Source: Stegostoma tigrinum (lineage: Eukaryota). Taken from it: a stretch of DNA of 64,000 nt. Location: the NCBI RefSeq assembly GCF_030684315.1, contig NC_081378.1:49810851-49874850 (forward strand), in the 5' to 3' direction. The notes below the pieces were generated by a model. It was given only the letters and a program-made list of their open reading frames with translations, was not told the DNA's origin and ran no database searches. Position 1 is the first letter of the stretch, and each line of letters opens with the position of its first letter. Shown piece by piece: positions 23,001 to 35,000 of the stretch. Made by a program: the position numbers and the translations under genes.

Positions 23001-26000
23001 AAGCAGAGTCAACATTTTGGGTCCAGTTCTGAAGAAGGGCCACTGGACCCAAAGTATTAACTCTGTTTTCTCCTTCCACAGGTGCTTCCAGATCTGCTAC
23101 ATTTCAGCAGCACTTTCTGCTTGTGTTTGCGTTCTATGGACCCCATTCAAACAATTACTGCCAATCTGATATTTCTAGATTGTACGTAGATTAAAGTCAC
23201 CAATGATTTTGCCATGCCTTTATTATAAGTATCCGATATGTCTTCTTGTATACTTTATCCCTCATTGTGGTTATTGTTGGGGCATGTATAAATCACTCCT
23301 ACTAGTGACTTCCTTATCACTCTCTTCTGCATCTTCACTCAAATAAATCCTCTCTTCGAGCAGGAGAGTCTGATGTAAGTAGTCTACAGGTCCTCCAACA
23401 GTAGTTGCTCAGTAGGACTGAGAAAAATCAGAAGATAATGAAGCAAAATAAAAAAGGAAGTACATTAATCATGGGTGAATTTAATCTTCATGTAGGTAGG
23501 GAAAGTCAAATTTGCAGAGGTAGCCACAAGGAAGAATTCATAGGGTGGAGATGGGTTAGGTTCCCAGAATATTTTGTTGTGGGCCCAAACTGGGATTAGG
23601 CTATTTTAGATCTGATAATGTGTGTTGAGGAGGGCTTAATAAATGATTTCAGAATAAAAGATCCCCTAGGGAGCAGTGGCAATGTAGAAATTGGCATTCA
23701 GTTTCACTCTATTCTTTCAGTTTCACTCTATTCACTTGTGGGTTGTGGGCGTTGCTGGCTGGCCCAGCATTTCTTGCCTATCCCTAGTTGCCCTTGAGAA
23801 GGTGGTGGGGAGCTGCCTTCTTGAACTGCTGCAGTTCTCCTGCTGTGGGTTGACCCACAATGCCATTAGGGAGGGAATTCCAGGATTTTGACCCAGTGAC
23901 AGTGAAGGAACGGGGATATATTTCCAAGTCAGGATGGTGAGTGACTTGGAGGGGAACTTGGAGGTGGTGGTGTTCCCATATATCTGATGCCCTTGTCCCT
24001 CTAGATGGAAGTGGTTGTAGGTTGGGAAGGTGCTGTCTGAGGATCTTTGGTGAATTTCTGCAGTGCATCTTGTAGATAGTACACACTGCTGCTACTGAGC
24101 GTCAATCATGGATGGAGTGAATGCCTATGGGTGTGGTGGCAATGAAATGGGCTACTTTGTCCCGGATGGTGTCAAGCTTCTTGAGTGTTGTTGGGGCTGC
24201 ACCCATCCAGGCAAGTGGGGAGCATTCCGTCACACTCCTGACTGGTGCCTTGTAGATGGTGGGCAGGGTTTGAGGAATCAGGAGGTGAGTTACTCACCGC
24301 AGTATTCCGGAGAAATGAGGCAGAGTTGGCTGGAGAGAACTAAGAAAGGAGGTTAACAGAATAGATGGTTGAAACACAACGGCAGACATTTTAAAGAAAT
24401 ATTCTTGACTCACAGCTAAGATATATCCCAGTCAAGAAGATGAATTCTAGGAAGGGGATAAACTGACCGTGGCTAACCAGGGAATTTAAGGATTGTACCA
24501 AACTCAAAGATAAAATGTATAATTTGACAAAGATTAGTGTAAATCAATGGATTCAGAAAGTTTTAAAAGCCAATAAAAGCTGACCAAAATAAAAGAGGGA
24601 GAAGAAGTAACTATGAGACAAACTAGCAAGCAATGGAATCGTGGAAACCTCCAGCACAGAAAAAGGCCTTTTGTCCCATCGTATCTGTGCCGGCCAAAAC
24701 CAACTACTGAACTTGGCCCATAATCTTGTTTGGCCTTCAAATCATAAGTGCATGTCCACATACTTCTTAAATGTTGTGAGGATTTCTGCCTCTCCTACTG
24801 TTACAGGCAGTGAGTTCCAGATTCGCACCTCAGGGTGAAAAGCTTTCCCTTACTTCCCCTTTAAACTTTCTGTCCCTTATGTTAAATTTATGCCCCCAGT
24901 CACTAATCTCTCCATTAAAGAGAAAGGTTTATTCCTGTCTATCCTATCTATGCCTCTCATAATTATGTCCGTCTCAATCATATCCCCCCTCAACCTCCTC
25001 TGCTCTTAGGAAAACAACCCCAGTCTGTCCTGTTCACTTCACAACTAAAACTCTCTAGCTCCAGGCAACCATCTTGGTAAATCTCCTCTGCATTCTCTCC
25101 AGTGCTATCACATCCCATAAAAACATATAGTGAGAAATTCTTTAAATGCATAAAGGAGAAAAAAAAACATTGAACATAAGCTCCTCAGAGACTGAGGCTG
25201 GGAGATGATAATTGAGATCCAGGAAATGCCGGAGAAATTCAACAAATTGTTTGCATTAGTCTTCAAGGGAGGGGATACCAGTAGCATTCCAGAAATACAA
25301 AATTATCAAGGGACTAAAGACAGGGGAGAAATAAAACACAATAACTATCACTAGAGAAAAAAAGCATGAGGGAAACTAATGATGCTCAATGCTGTTAGGA
25401 TCCCTGGAACTGTTGGGGTTGCACTGTAAGATTTTAAAGGAAATAGCTACAGAGATGGTGAATACACTGGTTGTAATCTTCAAAGAATCCTTAGATTCTG
25501 AATTGGAAACAATTAATGAAACACCCAGAATCAAAAAGGCAAGGGAGTCAAAAACCAGGCAACTGATGGCCATCAACAATCTGGTCCATCTACGTTAGCG
25601 TCACGGTCAGGAAAGCACTATAACGCCTCTGCTTCCTCAGGAGGCTAAGGAAATTCGGCATGTCCGTAAAGTCTCTTACCAATTTTTGTAGATGCATCAT
25701 AGAAAACTTTCTATTTGGATGCATCATAGTGCGGTACGGCAACTGCTCTTCCCAAGACCACAAGAGAGTTATGAACATAGCCCCATCCATCACACAAACC
25801 AGTCTCCCATCCATTGACTTCATCTATACTTCCCACTGCCTCATAATCAAAGACCCCTTACACCCCGGTTACACTCTCTTCCATCAAGCAGAAGATATAA
25901 AAGTTAGTATACATGTACAAATAGTTTCAAGAACAGTTTCTTTCCTGCTGCTATCAGACTTTTAAATGGACCTCTTTCAACATTAATGTTGATCTCTCTC

Positions 26001-29000
26001 TGCACCTTCTCGGCTGCTGTAACATTGTATCCTGCACTCTGTCCTGTTACCCTGATGCTCTTGTATGGTACAATCTACCTTTAAATCATGTAAGAGAGCA
26101 CCTTTCACTGTACCTTGGTACACATGACAGTAATCAAATCATAGCCAGTTGGCTGAATATCTGTCATTGGGAAGGTGTTAGCAGAGAATTTAGACAGATG
26201 TAATATAAACATATAGAGTCAGCATGGCTAAATGAAGGAGAAATCATGCCTGACAAATTTACTACAGTTCTTTGAGGTGATAACAAGTAAGATGGATAAA
26301 GGGGAACCAATAAATGTCATATATTTAGATTTCTAAAAGGCATTTGATGAGGTACCATGCATAAGATGGCTTAATGAGATAAGAGCCTATGCTTTTGGGG
26401 ATAGAAGATTAAAATGGATAGAGATTTGGCTAACTAATAGAGAACAAGGAGTTAGGATAAAAAGGGCATTATCAGGATGGTAACCTGTAACTAACGGAGT
26501 GCCACAGAGATCAAGGCTGGGCCCACAATTATTTAAAATATAAATGACTTGAATGAGAGAAATCAATATACTATCTCCACGTTTATGGATGACACAGAAA
26601 TAAGTGGGAAGGCAAGAGGAATCACATGGGGAGTGTACAGAGAAATAAGAAAGCTTAAAAGCGTGGGCAAAAACTTAGCAAGTGGAATGAAATGTGGTAA
26701 AATGTGAGGCCGTGCACTGTGGCAAGAAGAACAGAAGAGTTAACTATTATTGAAAAGGGGAAAGACTGCAGAAAGTTCAAGTGCAGAAGGATTTAGGATC
26801 CTGGTGCATGAATCGCTAAAAGCATGGCATCCAATTTCAGTGCATAATAGAGAAGGCAATGGAATATTGGCATTTTGTCTTAAAGGAGATGGAATTTACA
26901 AATAGGGAGGGTATTGCTAAAACTGTACAAGGCACTGGTCAGACCTCACCTGGAATATTCTGAATAGATTTGGTCCCCTTATTGAAGGAAAGATGAATTG
27001 GCATTGGAGGCAGTCCAGAGAAGGTTGGCTAGACTGATCCCAGGTTTGGAGTTATTTTCTTCCGATGAAAGGTTGAGTAGGTTGGGCTTGTACTCAATGG
27101 AATTTAGATTAATGAAAGGAGAGCTTATTGAAATATGCAAGACTCTTAGGGTGTCTGATGGGGTAGATGCAGAGACGCTGTTTCCCTCTTGGGAGTGGGC
27201 ATAATCTCAGAGTAAGGAGTCACCCATTTAAGACAGAGATGAGTATTTTATTTCTCTCAAAGGGCAGTGAATTTGTCAAATTCTTTACTGCAGAGAGCTG
27301 TTGAGACTAGATTGTTAAAGATATTTGAGGCTGTGATAGATAGACTTCTGATCATTAAGGCACTCAATGGTTATGGGGTTAAGGCAGGAAAGTGGAGTCG
27401 AGGATTATCAGATCAGCCATGATGTCACTGAATGGCAGAGCAGACTCAATAGACCGAATTGCCTACTTCTGCTCCTAAGGTCTTATGATTTCCTGAACCA
27501 GGGTCATCTCCAACAGTTGCTCAATGCCATCCTGAATAATAGTGCATGGTACACCTCCACTTTTACCTAGCTTTTAGTACTTCTTCAATGTCCTCTACCC
27601 CTCAATATTCAGCACCCAATCTTTGTCGCCCTGAAGCCATGTCTTTGTAATGTTTATCAGATCATATTTATTTACTTCAATATGTGATATCAATTTTGCT
27701 ATGAATGCAGGACACATTCAGATACAGTGCCTTCACTTTTTTTCTTTCTGTTATCTTTATAACATCTAGATTAATTGTTGGTGCTGTCATTAGACAGATT
27801 AATAAATTGATCAGAGGACTCGGGAAATCCAGGCCCACAACTATATGGTTGAATCTTAATTGCTCTCTGGAGTTACATGTAGGCCAGCCCTGATGACGAT
27901 GGCAATTTCCTTCCTTAACACACAGTAGTGAACTAGATGGGTTTTTTCAACAATCGACAATGGATTCACAGTTATCATTAGACTTTTAATTCCAGTTTTT
28001 TTAAAAATTAAGTTCAAATTCCACAAGCTGCCATGATGGAATTGGAACCCGGGTCCCCAGAATATGATCTGGATCTCTAGATTTACAGTCCAGATGTGAG
28101 TCTGTAGTCTGGGTGCAGGCACAAGATGGCTGCTGTGGAGGTTGGCAACAAAATGGCTTCTAGCCTGGGAACTGTGAATTCTGCGAGATCTGCTCTTTTA
28201 GCCTGGGAACTTTGCATTCTGCTAGGGCTGCAGCATAAATAATGTTGTAATGGTAAGATAATGCAGTACTAACCATTCTAGCTGACCTTCAGTAGCAAAT
28301 GTAATGGTGCTAATTAGTGGGACAATTCAGTAACCTGAGCATTGTGACATAAGCTGTTTACCAGTTAATACTATTGGATTAGGTAACTGTCAATGAGGCA
28401 ACATCATGTATTGATTGAAAATTCACTGAAAACACTATGCGATCACACCATGTACTCTGCTTTAAGAAAAGTATAAAATGTCTTTGTATTAATCTATGAT
28501 GTGCAGATCCTCCAAGAAGTACAGAAATGTCAACTTCTGTGATTCTGGATGATCTGTACCCGGCCGACTGAAGAAAATAAAGAGCAAAGTCTCAAGGAGC
28601 CAGACAGACTGCGAGTGCTCATTGACCAATTGCAGGATCGAGAGACCCCGGAGAGTACCACTAGATATTATCCCCATGTATATCACCTACATACTAGGTG
28701 TATTGCCTCCCCAGAATATTGTATATTTTAATCAGGTCAACTCTCATTCTGGGCTTTCTCCCTTTCTCCTGCTCCTCTTGGATATATTACACACAGTTCC
28801 CTCATCTTAATGGATTACAAATAGCTGAAGCCCAAACCCTTGTGTAACTCTGCTTGTTATTGCTTGCCAGCCTGAAAATGACCTGTCTGTTTCTTGTTCC
28901 TGCTGGTACCAATAATCAGTCCTTTGTATATATATTTCCAGCCATCCCATTAACCTGATTTTATTTTATATACTCATTTTTTGGTTTTTGAAAATCCAGA

Positions 29001-32000
29001 TGCATTGTATGCATTGGTTCTCTTTTATCTGTCCTGCCAATTATATTCGCAAAATCTCTAACAGATCTCTCCAACACAGTACCTCATTTAGAGATCCATG
29101 TTGAGTCTGTCTAATAGTGTTGGGATTTCCACCGTCACTTCTCCCCCAGAATAATTTCTAGAATTTTCTCTGCTGCTGATGCCAGACCAAATGAGCTGTT
29201 TACTCTGTCCCTGCTTTCTTGTATAGAGTCAGAAGTTACACAACACCAGATTATAGTCCAACAGATTTGTTTGAAATCACAAGCTTTCAGAGCACTACAC
29301 CTGATGAAGGAGCAGTGCTGAAAAAGCTTGCGATTTCAAATAAACCTGTCGGGGGCTATCACATGACTTCTGACTTTGCACACCCCGGCCCAACACTGGC
29401 ACAAGCACGTTATGGCTTCTTGCACAGGCGACTTGACTTTGATGAGGCGTCACACAATTGGCGAGTTACATAAATTCCAAATATGTAGAATAAAATATGC
29501 CTCCGGGTGGATGGAAAGTTGATTGACAAGCAGGCAACACAGGATTACTGAATGTGTCTTAGATAGACCAGAATTGCACACAGTATTCCAATAGTGGCCT
29601 AACCAATGTCCTGTACAGCCTCAGGGTGTCATCCCAACTCCTGTACTCCATGCACTGACGGATAAAGGCAAACGCTTTCTTCACTGTCCTATCTACCTGC
29701 AGCTCCACTTTCAGGGGACTATAAACCTGCGCTCCAAGGTCTCCTTGTTAAGCAACACGCCCCAGGACCTTACCATTTAGTGTATAAGTCCTGCCCTGAG
29801 TTGCCTCTCCAACATGCAGCACCTCACATTCATCCAAATTAAACTCCGCCTGCCACTGCCCTAAATTCAGTTACATTGCAACACAGTCCAGTGAAGAACT
29901 ATTTGTCTCAATTTCAAGTCTGGCTTTGGGTGCTGATGTAATTCAGAAGTGACAAGTTCAACCAAACTATCTCCACTTTCCAAAAAAGAATTTCCACGTA
30001 AAGGATAGCAGGTCAAGCAAGAACAAATCTCCGGTAAGACAACTGAGAAGGTGAACATGTTGTCATCATTGACAAGTCAATCACTGAGAGGGAGGGAGAA
30101 CGCACAATGTGTTCTAGAAGGAAAAAGTCCACCTACTTGAGCACAGATCAACAGGTAGACTGAAAACCAAATTCCACACGCACAATTTGAATATGTGGAC
30201 ACACAACTTTGTGAAAGGCACAATTAAGAAAATACAAGCAACAGGTAATATCCTGATACTGCAAGGACACTAAAAGAATGGACTTACATCATCAAAGGCC
30301 CCAACATGAAAGAAATGCAAGAGTTTTAAGACTCTCCAAGTCAAGATAGAATTGCAGATCTCAATCTAACAGGAAGACAATCCAAGTTAATTATTTATTA
30401 TTGCACAAACCCACATACTTCCAAGATTGAAGACAGCATGTTCAGGGAAAACAGTGACACTTAGATTCATCTGAATTTGTAAGAATCCAAAACTTGGGGA
30501 GACTGGTGAATGTAAACAAACCAAAGTGTATAACTGTATGATAATTATGGAGGAAAGCTACTTAAGGGGAAGACATTCTTGGGTCTGAAATGGTTAGGAT
30601 TGAGGGCAGTAAGCACTGTGATGAACTGAGGCCATTCTGGCTAGGTTAGCAGACGATACAAAGATAGGTAGAGGGATGGGTAGTATTGAGGAGGCAGGGA
30701 GGCTGCAGAAGGATTTGGACAGGTTAGGAGAGATGGAGTACAACGTGGGAAAGCGTGAGATCATGCGCTTAGGTAAGAAGAATAGAGGCATGGACTATTT
30801 TCTAAATGGGGAGAAAATTCAGTAGTCTGAAGTGCAACGAGCCTTGGGAGCTCTGGTCCCAGGATTCTCTCAAGGTAAACTTGCCGGTTGAGTCAGTTGT
30901 TAGAAAGGGAAATGCAAATGCAATTTATTTTGAGAGGACTTTAATATAAAAACAGGCACTATAGACTCTGGTCAGGCAACATTTGGAGTATTGTGCACAG
31001 TTTTGGGCCCCATATCTCGGGAAAGATGTACTGGCCCTGGAGCGGGTTCAGAGGAGGTTCGCAGGAATGGTCCCAGGAATGAAAAACTTAACATATGAGG
31101 AACGTTTGAGGACTCTGGGTCTATACTCAATGGAGTTGAGAAGGATGAGGGGGGATCTAATTGAAACTTACAGAATACTGAGTGGTCTGGACAGAGGGGA
31201 TGTTGGGAAGATGTTTCCATTGGTAGCAGAGTCTAGGACCTGAGGGCACAGCCTTAGACTAAAGGGAAGACTTTTAGAACAGAGATAAGGAGAGACTTCT
31301 TCAGCCAGAGAGTGGTGAATCTATGGAATTCACTGTCACAGAAGGCTGTGGAGGCCAGGTCATTGAGTACATGTAAGACTGAGATAGGTAGGTTCTTGAT
31401 TATCAAAGGAATCAAGGGCCCTGCGGAGAAAGTAGGAGAACGGGGTTGAGAAATTTATCAACCGTGATTGAATGGCAGAGCAGACTTGATGGGCTGAATT
31501 GCCTAATCTATGCTCCTATGTTTTATGATCTAATGGTCTTATGATATCACTGAAACTGGATCAGTGTGCAAAAGGAGGTTCTGGGAAACAAACCTGAGGC
31601 TAGTTCACTCCCCAAAGCCTCTGTGGTGATGTCAGTCACACTCTAATTGCAGCAATGCAATAAACTTCATAAACACTGAAAGGACAGCAGATGCTGTAAA
31701 TCAGGATCAATACCAGAAGTTGCCAGAAAAGATGTGTGAAGAAAAAAATCAAAGTTAACGTTTTGGATCAGGTGACATTTAAATTCACGTTGTTTACTTG
31801 ACAAGACACTTTCTGGTGAGGGGGAACCAGAAAGGTAGGAATCCTAATCCAAAGCATCGCCTCAGCTTTGAAGGAAGCCTAACACTACAAATACTGGATG
31901 TGTTCTTCTCTCTCGTAGGTGACCGTTTTGTCTTTGTGTGGCAGTGTTCTGATGAGACACAAGTCTGCTTCTGCTACTGACTGAGGACGAACGGTCAGTC

Positions 32001-35000
32001 CTTAGCAAGGGGCTCACCTTTGTCCCCCTACAACCACACATCAACCAATACCAGTCACGGTTGGACATAGAGCAGTTTTTCCGCCGCCTTCGCCTCCACG
32101 CCTACTTCTTCAACCGGGAGCCTAACCCTCCCTCCACTGACCCCTTCACCCGCTTCCAACACAAGTCCTCCTCCTGGACACCACCCCCAGGCCTCCTACC
32201 CTCCCTCGACCTCTTCATCTCCAACTGCCGTCGAGACATTAACCGCCTCAACCTCTCCACCCCTCTCACCCACTCCAACCTCTCCCCCGCAGAACGGGCA
32301 GCCCTCCGCTCCCTCCGCTCCAACCCCAACCTCACCATCAAACCCGCAGACAAGGGTGGCGCAGTGGTAGTATGGCGCACTGACCTCTACATCGCCGAGG
32401 CCAGACGCCAACTCTCCGATACCTCCTCCTACTGCCTCCTGGATCATGACCCCACACCCGAGCACCAAACCATCATCTCCAACACCATTCACGACCTCAT
32501 CACCTCAGGGGACCTCCCACCCACAGCCTCCAACCTCATTGTTCCCCAACCCCGCACCGCCTGTTTCTATCTCCTTCCCAAAATCCACAAACCTGCCTGC
32601 CCTGGTCGACCCATCGTCTCAGCCTGCTCCTGCCCCACCGAACTCATCTCCACCTATCTGGGCTCCATTTTCTCCCCTTTGGTCCAGGAACTCCCTACCT
32701 ACGTCCGTGACACCACCCACGCCCTCCACCTCCTCCAGGACTTCCAATTCCCTGGACCCCAACACCTCATATTCACCGGGCCCCCAACACCTCATATTCA
32801 CCATGGACGTCCAGTCCCTGTACACCTGCATTCCGCATGGAGATGGCCTCAAGGTCCTCCGCTTCTTCCTGTCCCGCAGGCCCGACCAGTCCCCCTCCAC
32901 CGACACTCTCATCCGCCTAGCGGAACTCGTCCTCACACTCAACAACTTCTCTTTTGACTCCTCCCACTTCCTACAGACTAAGGGGGTGGCCATGGGCACC
33001 CGCATGGGCCCCAGCTATGCCTGCCTCTTTGTAGGTTACGTGGAACAGTCCCTCTTCCGCACCTACACAGGCCCCAAACCCCACCTCTTCCTTCGGTACA
33101 TTGATGATTGTATCGGCGCCGCCTCTTGCTCCCCAGAGGAGCTCGAACAGTTCATCCACTTCACCAACACCTTCCACCCCAACCTCAAGTTCAGCTGGGC
33201 CATCTCCAGCACATCCCTCACCTTCCTGGACCTCTCAGTCTCCATCTCAGGCAACCAGCTTGTAACTGATGTCCATTTCAAGCCCACCGACTCCCACAGC
33301 TACCTAGAATACACCTCCTCCCACCCACCCTCCTGCAAAACTTCCATCCCCTATTCCCAATTCCTCCACCTCCGCCGCATCTGCTCCCACGATAAGACAT
33401 TCCACTCCCGCACATCCCAGATGTCCAAGTTCTTTAAGGACCGCAACTTTCCCCCCACAGTGATCGAGAACGCCCTTGACCGCGTCTCCCGTATTTCCCG
33501 CAACACATCCCTCACAACCCGCCCCCGCCACAACTGCCCTAAGAGGATCCCCCTCGTTCTCACACACCACCCTACCAACCTCCGGGTACAACACATCATC
33601 CTCCGACACTTCCGCCATTTACAATCCGACCCCACCACCCAAGACATTTTTCCATCCCCACCCCTGTCTGCTTTCCGGAGAGACCACTCTCTCCGTGACT
33701 CCCTTGTTCGCTCCACACTGCCCTCCAACCCCACCACACCCGGCACCTTCCCCTGCAACCACAGGAAATGCTACACTTGTCCCCACACCTCCTCCCTCAC
33801 CCCTATCCCAGGCCCGAAGATGACATTCCACATTAAGCAGAGGTTCACCTGCACATCTGCCAATGTGGTATACTGCATCCACTGTACCCGGTGCGGCTTC
33901 CTCTACATTGGGGAAACCAAGCGGAGGCTTGGGGACCGCTTTGCAGAACACCTCCGCTCAGTTCGCAACAAACAACTGCACCTCCCAGTTGCAAACCATT
34001 TCCACTCCCCCTCCCATTCTCTAGATGACATGTCCATCATGGGCCTCCTGCACTGCCACAATGATGCCACCCGAAGGTTGCAGGAACAGCAACTCATATT
34101 CCGCCTGGGAACCCTGCAGCCATATGGTATCAATGTGGACTTCACCAGTTTCAAAATCTCCCCTTCCCCTACTGCATCCCTAAACCAGCCCAGTTCGTCC
34201 CCTCCCCCCACTGCGCCACACAACCAGCCCAGCTCTTCACCCCCCCCCACACTGCATCCCAAAACCAGTCCAACCTGTCTCTGCCTCCCTAACCTGTTCT
34301 TCCTCTCACCCATCCCTTCCTCCCACCCCAAGCCGCACCCCCATCTACCTACTAACCTCATCCCACCTCCTTGACCTGTCCGTCTTCCCTGGACTGACCT
34401 ATCCCCTCCCTACCTCCCCACCTATACTCTCTCCACCTATCTTCTTTACTCTCCATCTTCGGTCCGCCTCCCCCTCTCTCCCTATTTATTCCAGATCCCT
34501 CTCCCCATCCCCCTCTCTGATGAAGGGTCTAGGCCCGAAACGTCAGCTTTTGTGCTCCTGAGATGCTGCTTGGCCTGCTGTGTTCATCCAGCCTCACATT
34601 TTATTATCTTGGATTCTCCAGCATCTGCAGTTCCCATTATCTCTGCTTCTCATCTCTTCTGTTTTCTTCATTGTCCTCAACGGGAAAATATTAAAACAAA
34701 TTCTGACTTGATAGGTGCTGTAGGAGGTGAAGATAGCAAATAGTATGTTGGCTATCATAGTGAGAGGAGATGAGTACAGGAACAGGAATGTCTAGGTGCG
34801 TTTGTGCAAGGGCCTTGGTTTAGCCCAGTTGGATGGATGGTTGGTTTGCATAAAGCACTGTGATGTCAACACCATTGGATTCAGTTCCTATCACTGGCTG
34901 CAGTTAACATGAAGGACTGTCCTTCTCAATCTCTTCCCTCGCCTGAGGCATGCTGACCCTCAGGTTAAACCACTGCCAGTTGTCCCTTTCCTATGAGAGG

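Larger units (their letters stand above)
19900..23340 (-). mobile_element. Old CR1 LINE, minus strand, interrupted by SINEs and PLE cassette
   Basis: Degenerate reverse-complement RT motifs (gaaaccatgctgactct, gcattcttgaaatccta, ccatctgggcctgg). Confidence 0.65.
23370..27490 (+). mobile_element. Long CR1 LINE (endonuclease to 3'UTR) with three nested insertions
   Basis: IMGEFN, KEIATEMVN.L..IF.ESL, SCLTNLL.FFE, LEAVQRR..RLIPG..LGLYS motifs in colinear order. Confidence 0.85.

Noticed and set aside
31900-31972. Strong acceptor-like ttcttctctctcgtag and a CTGATGA just 5' of the PLE
   Set aside because: No plexin-like translation in any frame, exons 1 and 2 already join in phase, and there is no GAAA box or stem II for a hammerhead.
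32753-32802. Programmed ribosomal frameshift between the two PLE ORFs
   Set aside because: Fully explained by a 25-nt duplication; PLEs of this type have a single ORF.
32102-34361. Multiple antisense and alternative-frame ORFs over the PLE
   Set aside because: Shadow ORFs caused by strong C-rich strand skew.
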